This document shows, in pieces, positions 1 to 9,728 of a stretch of DNA of 64,000 nucleotides. The stretch is from Thermodesulfobacteriota bacterium (GTDB lineage Bacteria > Desulfobacterota_D > UBA1144 > Nemesobacterales > Nemesobacteraceae): positions 480,001 to 544,000 of the forward strand of contig OZ241855.1 of the NCBI GenBank assembly GCA_965202785.1, in the 5' to 3' direction. The first letter of the stretch is position 1. Every line of letters starts with the position of its first letter. Under the pieces are notes generated by a model. That model was not told the DNA's origin. It was given only the letters and a program-made list of their open reading frames with translations, and did not search any database. Made by a program: the position numbers and the translations under genes.

Positions 1-1
1 C

Positions 2-937
2 GCGGCGTCCATGGCGACATCATACGGTGCCGGCGTAAGGTCGAAAAGACAGGCCGTATGGCTTATAGCTGTCTTTGCTCTCCTCGGAGCGCTTACGGCC
101 GGAGCCCCCGTGGTGGAGACCGTAGGCAAGGGAATAGTGCCGGCCGAGACCCTCTCTTCCGATATAGGCTTCATATTTATAATTCTGCTTCTCGGGATAG
201 GTTTCATCGCCTGGGCAAATGTGGTCCGCACGCCCATAGCCACCACCCACGCCATAGTGTGCGCCATAGTGGGAATCGGTCTTTATACCCAAACGCTTAA
301 TTCCGACAGCTTCATCCGGGTACTCAAATGGTGGATCCTGGCGCCGATAGTCGCCTGGGTAATAAATTTCGCCGTGGCAAAGTTTTTCTATTTCAAGATA
401 GTCCATTACCTTGCAAGTAATTTCTCGGAGAAAAGAGTCAATGTTATCCTGACCGTGCTGATTACCATATCCGGAACTTTTATTGCCTTCTCAGGGGGCG
501 CCAACAATTCCGCAAACGCCATAGGCCCCATAGTAAGCCTGGGGCTAATAGACTCCTATCCGGGCGCGATTCTTGCCGGTGTCGCAATGGGAGTGGGAGC
601 AATTCTGCTGGGAGGCCGGGTTCTAGAGACGCTGGGGAAAAAAATAACGGAGATATGCATAATAAGGGCTATCTCGGTTGAGTTTACGGCAGCAGTGATA
701 ATACTGCTCGCCTCGTTATACGGAATTCCGGTTTCGATCGCCGAGATAGTAACGGCCGGGGTTGTGGGTTTTTCGTGCGCGCAGCACGGATTCGCCCGGA
801 CTTCCAAAAACAGCCATGTTGTAAAAATCGCTTTTTTCTGGTTTGTTGTTCCTATAATAACCGTAGGGGTAAGTTATTACGTATCCCTCATATACATAAA
901 GTACGGCCTGTCGTCGTACCTGAGTTTTCTGGGTTAA
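2..937 (+). CDS. PiT-family inorganic anion transporter (probably CysP-like sulfate permease); 5' end lies outside the window
   Basis: Multi-TM protein. The frame is open from base 2 (AASMATSYG, tail of the first PiT signature). Second signature GANNSANAIG; P(I/V)xTTH-like motif PIATTHA. Stop abuts the cysH ATG. Confidence 0.8.
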   Translation, partial: AASMATSYGAGVRSKRQAVWLIAVFALLGALTAGAPVVETVGKGIVPAETLSSDIGFIFIILLLGIGFIAWANVVRTPIATTHAIVCAIVGIGLYTQTLNSDSFIRVLKWWILAPIVAWVINFAVAKFFYFKIVHYLASNFSEKRVNVILTVLITISGTFIAFSGGANNSANAIGPIVSLGLIDSYPGAILAGVAMGVGAILLGGRVLETLGKKITEICIIRAISVEFTAAVIILLASLYGIPVSIAEIVTAGVVGFSCAQHGFARTSKNSHVVKIAFFWFVVPIITVGVSYYVSLIYIKYGLSSYLSFLG

Positions 938-1666
938 ATGAAGTTCTCTGAAGAAGACGTAAAAAACCTAAATCGCGAGTTTGAGCAAAGTTCTCCCGAG
1001 GATATCCTCGCCTGGGCTTCTGCGAACCTCGGCCGCTCAGTGGCCCTTGCGACCAGTTTTCAGGTCCAGGGAATGGTGCTTGTCGACATGTTCGCAAAGA
1101 TGGACCCCGAAGCGAGAATCTTCACTCTTGATACGGGAAGGCTTCATTCGCATACATATGACGCAATGGAGAGAACAAGAGAGAAGTACGGCATCAATAT
1201 CGAGGTGCTTTTTCCCGACAGAGATGAAGTGGAGGAAATGGTGACAAGCCGCGGCGTGAATCTTTTCTACAAAAGCGTTGAGAACAGAAGACTCTGCTGC
1301 CAGGTGAGGAAAACCAATCCCCTGAACGGATTCCTAAAAGCCCTTGACGGCTGGATTACCTCGATAAGGGCGGACCAGACGGAGCAGCGTGCGGAGTCAA
1401 GCAAGTTTGAGATCGACTACATGCACGGAAGGATGCTCAAGATAAACCCGATGCTTGACTGGACCACCGAGCAGGTATGGGATTACGTAAGGAAAAACGA
1501 TGTTCCCTACAACAAGCTTCACGACATGGGATATCCAAGCATAGGATGCGCTCCCTGCACAAGGGCCGTCGAAGAGGGAGAAGACCCTAGGGCCGGCAGG
1601 TGGTGGTGGGAGCAGGGCTCGGACAAAGAATGCGGAATTCACTTCAGTCACGAACCGCAGTCTTAA
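938..1666 (+). CDS. cysH: Adenylyl-sulfate (APS)/phosphoadenylyl-sulfate reductase, 4Fe-4S type
   Basis: LDTG, CC pair in CCQVRK, SIGCAPCT, GRWWWE and C-terminal ECGIH. CC plus CxxC indicates the Fe-S (APS-reducing) type. Confidence 0.92.
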   Translation: MKFSEEDVKNLNREFEQSSPEDILAWASANLGRSVALATSFQVQGMVLVDMFAKMDPEARIFTLDTGRLHSHTYDAMERTREKYGINIEVLFPDRDEVEEMVTSRGVNLFYKSVENRRLCCQVRKTNPLNGFLKALDGWITSIRADQTEQRAESSKFEIDYMHGRMLKINPMLDWTTEQVWDYVRKNDVPYNKLHDMGYPSIGCAPCTRAVEEGEDPRAGRWWWEQGSDKECGIHFSHEPQS

Positions 1667-1682
1667 AGATCTGAGGGCGCTC

Positions 1683-2780
1683 TCAGGTCCCCCTCCGCAG
1701 ATTCTCCTTCACAATCGGAAGAACTTCTTCTTTGAGCAGCCTCATTGATTTCTGCCACTTTTCCTTCGGGTTCCACTCGTGCCCCATGACCAGAAGAACC
1801 CCGAATCCCCCGACGAATTCATGAAGCTCGATTATTTTCCGGGCGACGTCCTCGGGACTTCCCACAAGCCACATGTTTTCGATCATGTAGTCCATGGTCA
1901 CTTCCTGGTCCGACATTGACTTGTCAACCTTAAACAGATTCAGGTTGTTTCTTATCATGGGAACTATAGTGAAAAAATAATCCCGGAAATCTCTTGCGAG
2001 CGTGCCTTCTATTACCTCTTTCCTCGCCTCTTCGGTTGTCTCCGCGACATAGACGTCCCTTGCGATTCTCCATTTCGCCCTCTCAGGCGTTCTGTCGGCG
2101 GCCTCCGCGCCCTGCTCGTATCCCGCCCAGTGAGATTTAAGCACATCAGGGATAACGAAATTTATGCTCATAGGTATCCAGTCACGTTCCCCGGCCGTCC
2201 TAAGACTCGCAGAATTCTCCGAGATTCCCGCAACCGCTATAGGGGGATGAGGCTCCTGGTAGGGCTTCGTGTGCACTCCGAGACCGACCCTTTCCACGGG
2301 ATCGGGAACGGCAAACTTCCACCGGGAGTTAGAGTAGACACCCGGGCTCGGATTGTTCCAGAGGTTAAGTATCATCTCAAGAGACTCGTTCATAAGTTGT
2401 CTCTGCTCCCCTGTTTTCGGGTTTATACCGAACGCCTCGAAATCTCCGATGAAACTTCCTGCTCCCACTCCCCAGTAGAATCTTCCCTTAAGCAGGTTGT
2501 CAAGAACCGCAATTCTGTGCGCAAGCATAAAAGGGTCATGCTGAGGCAGGCATGAAACTCCCGTACCGAAGATTATCCGTTTAGTGAGAGCGGCGGCTTT
2601 GGCTATGAAAAGATCGGGGGCAGGTATATTCTCCCAGCCCGCCGTGAAGTGTTCTCCTATCCAGGCTTCCCTGAAACCGATTTCATCAAGAAAAACTACC
2701 TGCTCCATGTCCGCTTCAAGCGTATCGGAAAGGGTAGAACCGAACGGATGAAGAGGCATTGTGAAATATCCTAGTTCCAT
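1683..2780 (-). CDS. Luciferase-like (LLM class) flavin-dependent monooxygenase
   Basis: MELGYFTMPLHP start, EAWIGEHF, GTGVSCLP, GRFYWGVG, VGSPEDV. Start moved to ATG at 2780. Confidence 0.88.
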   Translation of the reverse strand: MELGYFTMPLHPFGSTLSDTLEADMEQVVFLDEIGFREAWIGEHFTAGWENIPAPDLFIAKAAALTKRIIFGTGVSCLPQHDPFMLAHRIAVLDNLLKGRFYWGVGAGSFIGDFEAFGINPKTGEQRQLMNESLEMILNLWNNPSPGVYSNSRWKFAVPDPVERVGLGVHTKPYQEPHPPIAVAGISENSASLRTAGERDWIPMSINFVIPDVLKSHWAGYEQGAEAADRTPERAKWRIARDVYVAETTEEARKEVIEGTLARDFRDYFFTIVPMIRNNLNLFKVDKSMSDQEVTMDYMIENMWLVGSPEDVARKIIELHEFVGGFGVLLVMGHEWNPKEKWQKSMRLLKEEVLPIVKENLRRGT

Positions 2781-2930
2781 TTCCGGAACATTATACTTTC
2801 TTCGAGCGCAAAAAGAGAATAGTTTCAAAGGGACTTCGACTCATAAAGTTTGTCAAAACCCCCAAGTATGTAGTAATATGATACGGATTTTGAACATCAA
2901 AGAGCACTAAGTTAAGGAGGAAGCATTACA

Positions 2931-4142
2931 ATGTCTAAGAACCTTCCGGGCATACAGGAGACCCGAGAACTTCTGAAGAAGAAAAAAGTGGTTATCGCCG
3001 GGGTGGGCGAAACGGAACAGGGCAAGATCCCGGATAAAAGCTCCTTTCACTTCCTAAGCGAAGCTTCCAAGCTCGCGATTGAGGACGCGGGAATTAAAAA
3101 AGACGACGTGGACGGCCTAGTAACGGCCTTCTCCCTCGTGGAACACACCTTCATGCACTGCACCACATTTGCCGACTACTTCGGCATGAACCCGAGGTTT
3201 TTCTCCTCGGTAGCAGTGGGAGGAGCCACTGCGGTGTGGATGGTGGCCGAAGCCGCCATGGCAATAGCCTCGGGGCAGTCTGAAGTGGTACTTTGCGTAA
3301 GGGGGGACAACACCCTCTCGGGAATATCCTCTTCGGGGATGCTCGCCCTTATAAGGGAGATGTGCCACGCGGAGTTTGAGTTCCCCTACGGACTTACGAC
3401 TCCCGGGGGATACGCCCTTGCGGCGCAGAGATACCTCCATGACTGGGACAGCCGGAGAGAACACCTCGCCGCGGTGGCAGTGACCATGAGAAAACACGCC
3501 GCGGACAAGGAAAACGCCATGAACAAGGATCCGCTGTCCATAGATGACGTCCTTAATTCAAGGGTCATAGCGGAACCTCTTACCAAGTATGACTGCTCGA
3601 TCATCTCCGATGGGGGAGCGGCTTTCATAGTGACTACGGAGGACAAGGCGAAGGAGCTCGGGATAGAGAACGACCTTGCCTACCTCTGGGGAATGGGACA
3701 GGGATACTCCCACCAGTACCTCACCACTCTTGAGAACCTCGACCAGATATACAACGCTGTTGAGCGATCGGGGGAGAAGGCGTTCAGTACGGCGGGGATA
3801 GAGCCAAGGGACGTTGACATAGCGTTTCTTTATGACTGCTTCACCATAACCGTTCTGCTTGAACTTGAGGGACTGGGTTTTGTTCCCAAGGGAGAGGGGG
3901 GAGCGTTTGCTCTTGAGGGAAGGATGGAGATAGGGAAGGACCTTCCGGTGAACACCCACGGGGGACTGCTCTCCCAGGCTCACCTGGGGGCCATGCATCA
4001 TGTGGTTGAGGCCACTCTGCAGCTCAGGGGAGACGCGGGATGTCGGCAGGTTGAGGACCCCGAGGTGGCGGTTGTGCATGGAAACGGAGGGATAGTGTCG
4101 GCTCACAGCACAGTGGTTCTTGGGAACCAGCCGATTAATTAA
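2931..4142 (+). CDS. Thiolase-fold protein, SCP-x/Ltp2-like (non-canonical, no nucleophile Cys)
   Basis: IAGVGET, DCSIISDGGAA, YDCFT, VNTHGGLLS; good SD (AAGGAGG). Confidence 0.88.
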   Translation: MSKNLPGIQETRELLKKKKVVIAGVGETEQGKIPDKSSFHFLSEASKLAIEDAGIKKDDVDGLVTAFSLVEHTFMHCTTFADYFGMNPRFFSSVAVGGATAVWMVAEAAMAIASGQSEVVLCVRGDNTLSGISSSGMLALIREMCHAEFEFPYGLTTPGGYALAAQRYLHDWDSRREHLAAVAVTMRKHAADKENAMNKDPLSIDDVLNSRVIAEPLTKYDCSIISDGGAAFIVTTEDKAKELGIENDLAYLWGMGQGYSHQYLTTLENLDQIYNAVERSGEKAFSTAGIEPRDVDIAFLYDCFTITVLLELEGLGFVPKGEGGAFALEGRMEIGKDLPVNTHGGLLSQAHLGAMHHVVEATLQLRGDAGCRQVEDPEVAVVHGNGGIVSAHSTVVLGNQPIN

Positions 4143-4164
4143 CACAAACAAGGAGACAAAGAAG

Positions 4165-4590
4165 ATGTCAGAAGAGAAAAAAGCGTATAACAAGCCTTTG
4201 CCTGAGTTCCGGCCCGAGACGAAGCCGTTTTGGGAAGCTGCGAAGGAGCACAAGCTGGTTATCCCTAGATCAAGGGAGACGGGGGAGTTTTTCTTTTACC
4301 CGAGGGCTCTTTCCCCGGGAGGGGACATGAGTGAGGACATAGAGTGGGTTGAGAGCGAGGGACGGGGGAAGGTGTGGACTTTTTCCATACACCACATGGG
4401 ACCATCGAAAGCCTACAAGGGCGAGCCTCCTTATGTAGTGGCCCTTATCGAGATGGACGAGGGAGTGAAGATGATGTCAAACGTCATTGACGTTGACCCA
4501 GGTGAAGTGACTATTGGCATGGAAGTGCAGGTCTGCTTCGATGACGTTACAGATGAGGTCACCCTACCCAAATTCAAACCTGCCGGTTAA
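4165..4590 (+). CDS. DUF35/OB-fold acyl-CoA-binding partner of the thiolase (ChsH2 C-terminal-like)
   Basis: PFWEAA, FYPR, GRGKVWTFS, PYVVALIEMDEG; immediately follows the thiolase. Confidence 0.88.
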   Translation: MSEEKKAYNKPLPEFRPETKPFWEAAKEHKLVIPRSRETGEFFFYPRALSPGGDMSEDIEWVESEGRGKVWTFSIHHMGPSKAYKGEPPYVVALIEMDEGVKMMSNVIDVDPGEVTIGMEVQVCFDDVTDEVTLPKFKPAG

Positions 4591-4604
4591 AAAATCGGGG
4601 GCGG

Positions 4605-4919
4605 TCAATCATCGAGTTTTATAAGTATGTCGTCCCCTTCAATTTTCACCGAATAGGTCTCCAGAGGTTCGACCGCCGGAAGGCAGAGCACCTCGCCGGT
4701 TCTGACGTTGAACTCAGCCCCATGATAACAGCAGGTGATGCGTTCTCCGTCAAGTTCGCCGTCTGAAAGAGTAAAACACTGGTGGGTGCATTCATCCCGA
4801 AAGGCGTAGAAATCCCCCTCGACCCTGCATACGGCAATCGCTTCTCCGCCTACGAAAAAGGATTCCACTCCTCCTTCGGCTATATCTGAAACCTTAGCCA
4901 CTTTCTCGTAATCGGACAT
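4605..4919 (-). CDS. Rieske [2Fe-2S] ferredoxin
   Basis: CTH...CCYHGAEF Rieske ligands; last gene of the suf cluster. Confidence 0.9.
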   Translation of the reverse strand: MSDYEKVAKVSDIAEGGVESFFVGGEAIAVCRVEGDFYAFRDECTHQCFTLSDGELDGERITCCYHGAEFNVRTGEVLCLPAVEPLETYSVKIEGDDILIKLDD

Positions 4920-4923
4920 GAGC

Positions 4924-6270
4924 CTATCTCCCGCCGCCGTTTTCGAGTCTTTTCTCAAACCATTTCATGACTGTATGCTCAAGAGTCTCCCTCACGGAGT
5001 CGATCGACATATGCTCAAGAGTCTCGTTAGTAAAGGCGCGGAGCATTATGATTTTTGCCTTCCTCATTGAAATCCCTCTTGAGCATAGATAAAAAAGGGC
5101 CTCTTCATCCATCTGTCCGATCGTGGCTCCATGAGTGCACTTGACATCATCGTTGTATATCTCAAGCTGGGGCTTCGTGTCTATCTGGGCCGTGTCGGAG
5201 AGAAGAAGATTTCTGTTGGTCTGCTTCGCGTCCGTTTTCTCGGCGCCTTCGTGAACCAGTATCCTTCCGTGAAAAACTCCCTTTGAGCGACCGTCAAGCA
5301 CGCCGTTATAGAACTGACGGCTGTCGCAATGGGGGCTTGCGTGCTCAACGCGCATGAAGTTATCCATGTGTTGGCGCCTCTCTGACATGAAAAGGCCGTA
5401 AATATCGGAGTTGCATCCTTCTCCCGCCAGAACGGGATGGACGTTGTTCCTCACTATGGCTCCTCCGTAGAGAACGGAGTGGGAAGTGATATTGCTGTTT
5501 TTCTGCTGATCTACCCTCAGAGTGGAAAAATTAAACGCCTTCTGACTTTCAAACTCAAGCCTGTAATGCTCGAGGTTCGCGTCTTCGCCGCAGACAACTT
5601 CCGTGACCACGTTTGAGAAATAAACGCTCTGGGACATCGATACGTAATGCTCAATGACCTTGGCGTCCGAGCTTTGCCCGATGATGATGAGATTTCTCGG
5701 GTTTATGAACAGAGGACGGCCTTCGTCCGTTGATACGTGAAGAACATGCACCGGTTTCTCAAAAACGGTCCGATCGGGAACGTAAACAAATACCCCGTCT
5801 TCAAAATATGACGTGTTAAGGGAGATAAAGGCGTCTTTTTCGTAATCGGCGTATTTCGCCAGGTGACCCCTTACAAGATCGTCATGCTCCCGGACCGCCT
5901 CAGACAAGGCTTTTACCACAATCCCTTCCCCGACATCCCCCACGTCCGAAAGTGAAGAGGCGAAACGGCCGTTTACGAAGACAAGCCTCAGGCAATCAAG
6001 CCCCGAGAACCCGTAAGAATCCACGGTTTTCTCAGAAACATCCGAGATTCCATTCTCGGCGATTGAAAATGAACCTCTGCGAAGCGCTTCAAGATTGGTA
6101 AACCTCCACTCTTCATCAGAAAGGGTCGGAAATCCAAGCTCGCCGAATCCCAAGATCGCTTCCCGGCGAAGATCCGCTAACCACTCTGGGGCATCTCCCC
6201 TTCCGCTATCCAGAAATTCAGAAAGCCTCTCAACGTAACTCTCGCGCGTGCCGTCAAAAACAATAGCCAT
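4924..6270 (-). CDS. sufD: Fe-S cluster assembly protein SufD
   Basis: FPTLSDEEWRFT, KPQLEIYNDDVKCTHGAT, LFYLCSRGI; follows sufC. Confidence 0.95.
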   Translation of the reverse strand: MAIVFDGTRESYVERLSEFLDSGRGDAPEWLADLRREAILGFGELGFPTLSDEEWRFTNLEALRRGSFSIAENGISDVSEKTVDSYGFSGLDCLRLVFVNGRFASSLSDVGDVGEGIVVKALSEAVREHDDLVRGHLAKYADYEKDAFISLNTSYFEDGVFVYVPDRTVFEKPVHVLHVSTDEGRPLFINPRNLIIIGQSSDAKVIEHYVSMSQSVYFSNVVTEVVCGEDANLEHYRLEFESQKAFNFSTLRVDQQKNSNITSHSVLYGGAIVRNNVHPVLAGEGCNSDIYGLFMSERRQHMDNFMRVEHASPHCDSRQFYNGVLDGRSKGVFHGRILVHEGAEKTDAKQTNRNLLLSDTAQIDTKPQLEIYNDDVKCTHGATIGQMDEEALFYLCSRGISMRKAKIIMLRAFTNETLEHMSIDSVRETLEHTVMKWFEKRLENGGGR

Positions 6271-6302
6271 CGTGTTATGCTCCTTGCTAGTTACCCCGCC
6301 CC

Positions 6303-7037
6303 TTAAAAACCCGCGTAACCTTTTTCCTCGAGTTCGTGGGCAAGCTCCTTTCCTCCCGATTTTACGATTTTTCCATCTACCATCACGTGGACGAAATCGG
6401 GAACTATATAGTTAAGAAGTCTCTGGTAGTGGGTTATCACTATAAAGGAACGGCCGGAGTCTCTCATCGAATTCACCCCGTTTGCCACTATCTTGAGCGC
6501 GTCTATGTCGAGACCTGAGTCGGTCTCGTCAAGCACTGCCAGCGAAGGCTCAAGTATCTGCATCTGGAATATTTCGTTCCTTTTCTTCTCTCCGCCCGAA
6601 AAGCCGGCGTTCACGGACCTTTTAAGAAGATCCTCGTCAATACCGAGCGCTTTCATTTTCTCCCTGGCAAGCTTGGCGAACTCGACGTGCTTAAGCGGTT
6701 TTTCGTCCCGATACTCCCTTTTCGCGTTAAGGGCCTCGCGAAGAAGATAGGTATTCGCAACCCCCGGAATCTCGACGGGGTACTGGAAAGCCAGGAATAT
6801 CCCCTCGCACGCCCTTTCCTCGGGCTCAAGGTCGAGAAGATCCTTGCCATGGAAAGTTACTTCCCCTTCGGTAACTTCGTAAGCTTCCTTACCCGCAAGG
6901 ACCTGGGCAAGGGTGCTTTTCCCTGAGCCGTTCGGGCCCATTATGGAGTGTACTTCCCCGGGCGCCACGGTAATGTCCATTCCTTTCAGTATTTCCTTGT
7001 CATCTACCTGCACATGCAGGTTTTTCACCTCGAGCAT
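6303..7037 (-). CDS. sufC: Fe-S cluster assembly ATPase SufC
   Basis: GPNGSGKS, FQYPVEIPG, GFSGGEKKRNE, DETDSGLDIDAL. Confidence 0.97.
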   Translation of the reverse strand: MLEVKNLHVQVDDKEILKGMDITVAPGEVHSIMGPNGSGKSTLAQVLAGKEAYEVTEGEVTFHGKDLLDLEPEERACEGIFLAFQYPVEIPGVANTYLLREALNAKREYRDEKPLKHVEFAKLAREKMKALGIDEDLLKRSVNAGFSGGEKKRNEIFQMQILEPSLAVLDETDSGLDIDALKIVANGVNSMRDSGRSFIVITHYQRLLNYIVPDFVHVMVDGKIVKSGGKELAHELEEKGYAGF

Positions 7038-7085
7038 GCTTCGCTCCTCCTAAAAATATTTTTCAGAATTACGGCGGAACCGTTA

Positions 7086-8522
7086 TTAACCCACGCTTCC
7101 CTCAAGACTTACGCTCAGCAGCTTCTCGGCTTCAACCGCGAACTCAAACGGCAGTTCCTTGAAAACTTCCTTGCAGAAACCGTTCACTATGAGCGAAACC
7201 GCGTCTTCGGCGGAAAGCCCTCTCTGGCGACAGTAAAACATCTGGTCCTCGCCTATTTTAGAGGTAGAAGCCTCGTGCTCCATGTGGGCCGTGGAGTTTT
7301 TTACCTCTATATATGGAAAAGTGTGTGCTCCGCAGCGGTCCCCTATAAGCATCGAGTCGCACTGCGTGTAATTTCTCGCCTTCTCGGCATTTTTACCAAT
7401 TTCAACAAGTCCCCGGTATATGTTCTGTCCCTCGCCCGCGGAAATGCCCTTGGAAATAATCGTGCTGCTGGTGTTTTTCCCCACGTGAACCATCTTGGTT
7501 CCGGTGTCGGCCTGCTGGCGCCTGTTGGTAAGGGCAACGGAGTAGAACTCCCCGACCGAATTATCTCCTTCAAGAACGCAGCTCGGGTACTTCCAGGTAA
7601 TAGCGGAACCGGTTTCAACCTGCGTCCAGGAAATCCTCGAGTTCCTGCCGATGCATCTTCCCCGCTTTGTTACGAAATTGTATATTCCGCCCTTGCCCTG
7701 CTTGTCTCCAGGGTACCAGTTCTGTATCGTCGAATACTTTATGGTGGCGTCATCGTGAGCTATAAGTTCAACCACCGCGGCATGGAGCTGGTTCTCGTCC
7801 CTCTGCGGGGCCGTGCAGCCCTCAAGATAGCTTACGTAGCTGCCCTCCTCCGCAATTATGAGCGTTCTTTCGAACTGTCCGGTGTTCTCCGCGTTTATGC
7901 GGAAATAAGTAGAGAGCTCCATGGGGCATCTTACTCCCTTGGGAATATAGACGAAGGAACCGTCCGTAAAGACCGCGGAATTCAAAGCCGCATAGAAGTT
8001 GTCCCCGCGCGGCACGACCGAACCCAGATACTTGCGCACAAGATCGGGATATTCCTCCACCGCCTCGGATATGGAGCAGAAAATAACCCCTTCCTCGGCG
8101 AGTTTTTCCTTGAAAGTGGTAAAGACGGAAACGCTGTCGAAAACCGCGTCAACGGCGACGCCGGCCAGCATCTTCTGCTCCTCAAGCGGAATACCGAGCT
8201 TGTCGTAGGTCTCCTTTATCTCCGGGTCTATCTCGTCAAGGCTCTTCGGCCTGGGATTGCTTTTCGGCGCGGCATAATAACTTATGCCGTTAAAATCTAT
8301 TTCCGGATATCTTAGAAAAGCCCATCTGGGCTCCTTCATCTTCTTCCAGCGCTCATAAGCCCCGAGGCGCCATTCGAGAAGCCATTCCGGTTCGTTCTTC
8401 TTGGAGGAGATCATCCTGATTACATCTTCGTTAAGCCCCTTGGGGGCAATCTCCTGCTCTACATCAGTTACGAATCCGTACTTGTATTCCTCCTGCGCAA
8501 GTTTTTCAAGATCAACGCTCAT
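7086..8522 (-). CDS. sufB: Fe-S cluster assembly protein SufB
   Basis: [32 protein letters not shown]. Confidence 0.97.
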   Translation of the reverse strand: MSVDLEKLAQEEYKYGFVTDVEQEIAPKGLNEDVIRMISSKKNEPEWLLEWRLGAYERWKKMKEPRWAFLRYPEIDFNGISYYAAPKSNPRPKSLDEIDPEIKETYDKLGIPLEEQKMLAGVAVDAVFDSVSVFTTFKEKLAEEGVIFCSISEAVEEYPDLVRKYLGSVVPRGDNFYAALNSAVFTDGSFVYIPKGVRCPMELSTYFRINAENTGQFERTLIIAEEGSYVSYLEGCTAPQRDENQLHAAVVELIAHDDATIKYSTIQNWYPGDKQGKGGIYNFVTKRGRCIGRNSRISWTQVETGSAITWKYPSCVLEGDNSVGEFYSVALTNRRQQADTGTKMVHVGKNTSSTIISKGISAGEGQNIYRGLVEIGKNAEKARNYTQCDSMLIGDRCGAHTFPYIEVKNSTAHMEHEASTSKIGEDQMFYCRQRGLSAEDAVSLIVNGFCKEVFKELPFEFAVEAEKLLSVSLEGSVG

Positions 8523-8540
8523 TAAAAAATTATCCTCCTG

Positions 8541-8960
8541 CTAGTGACTTCTGCCGCCTCGAGTTTCATTCACCATATCCCCAATAGTGGTATCTTCAAG
8601 AATCCTTATCATGGAAACCTTGAGCTTGTCCCAGAGAGGAAGCTGCCCGCAGTTCTCATAAAGCGCGCAGGGACCGTCGTCATCCATACAGTCTACTATC
8701 CTTATTTCTCCCTCTATGGCTTCGTACACCTCTCTCAGGCTAAGTTCGTGGGGGAGCTTGCGGAGCATGTATCCACCCTCGGGCCCCACCTTCGACCTGA
8801 GTATTCCGCGATTGACAAGCCTTCTCATTACCTTGGCCAAGTAATTCTGCGGAATGTGCTGGGTTTCGGATATCTGCTTCATGCTGAATCTGTCCCCCGG
8901 ACTGCCTCCCATGTGGATAAGGCATCTGACGGCGTAATCAAGGGTTCTGCTTACCTGCAT
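8541..8960 (-). CDS. Rrf2-family (IscR/SufR-like) transcriptional regulator
   Basis: DYAVR, wHTH, GPEGGY, three Cys (C-x6-C-x5-C); heads the suf operon. Confidence 0.9.
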   Translation of the reverse strand: MQVSRTLDYAVRCLIHMGGSPGDRFSMKQISETQHIPQNYLAKVMRRLVNRGILRSKVGPEGGYMLRKLPHELSLREVYEAIEGEIRIVDCMDDDGPCALYENCGQLPLWDKLKVSMIRILEDTTIGDMVNETRGGRSH

Positions 8961-9002
8961 AACGGTATTGTAAACTTTATATATCCATAAAATAGCTATC
9001 TA

Positions 9003-9021
9003 AGTGGTAATCATTACCACT
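9003..9021. promoter_or_regulatory. Perfect 9-1-9 palindrome AGTGGTAAT-C-ATTACCACT upstream of rrf2-suf, likely operator
   Basis: Seen directly; lies between a minus-strand TTGACT (9032-9037) and the rrf2 start. Confidence 0.65.
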
Positions 9022-9156
9022 ATTCGAACAAAGTCAACTGGAGGAGGAAAGAAACTCTTTCCAGATAACTTCAAAATCTCCCCCATATAGTCCTTCCGTT
9101 GCAGTAAACCGGCAAAAACGATCAGCAAAAAAGGTTGTCCTCTCAAGCTGGCGCCG

Positions 9157-9687
9157 TTAGCGGTGTGTATCCGAATACTTATCCCTGAGCTTTTTATATT
9201 CCACTTCGGATAAGTTTCTAGACCTGTCAAGGAATATGGCGACCGCCCAGATCGTCTCGTCTTTGTGCGTGGGTCCGTAAGCAGGCATTCCAGTCATCTG
9301 AACTCCGTTTTTCGTGACCCAGAAGATGTCTTTTAGAGAATACTCATACAGTTTTTCTTCAGGGAATTTGGGCGGAGGCGGGAAAAGACCCTTACCAGTC
9401 GGCGAAGCTTCGACGCCAGGTGCTCCATGGCACTGAACGCACATGTGCTCATATTCCTTAAAGCCCTTCAAATACATATCCATATCATTAACGTCGTAGG
9501 GGACAGTGAGACTCGCGGAGTTTCTTTTGATAGATCTCTCGGCAATTCCGTGAAAGATCATGTTTACAATCTCCGGGTGTGGTTTTGTAGCCGAGACATC
9601 GTAACGTCCGAGAACAAAATAAAGTATGGCGGCTATAATCAAAGCCGCTATCAGTAATTTTTTTCTTCTAAACACTTTCTCAATCAT
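9157..9687 (-). CDS. Membrane-anchored mono-haem c-type cytochrome
   Basis: N-terminal TM helix, CVQCH haem motif, MTGMPAYG axial-Met region. Confidence 0.85.
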   Translation of the reverse strand: MIEKVFRRKKLLIAALIIAAILYFVLGRYDVSATKPHPEIVNMIFHGIAERSIKRNSASLTVPYDVNDMDMYLKGFKEYEHMCVQCHGAPGVEASPTGKGLFPPPPKFPEEKLYEYSLKDIFWVTKNGVQMTGMPAYGPTHKDETIWAVAIFLDRSRNLSEVEYKKLRDKYSDTHR

Positions 9688-9728
9688 CGCTTACGCCTTT
9701 TATTGACAAATCTACCCGAATTCGTCCG

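Noticed and set aside
6948-8315. 455-aa ORF antisense to sufB/sufC
   Set aside because: Shadow ORF of strongly conserved genes, with no motifs of its own.
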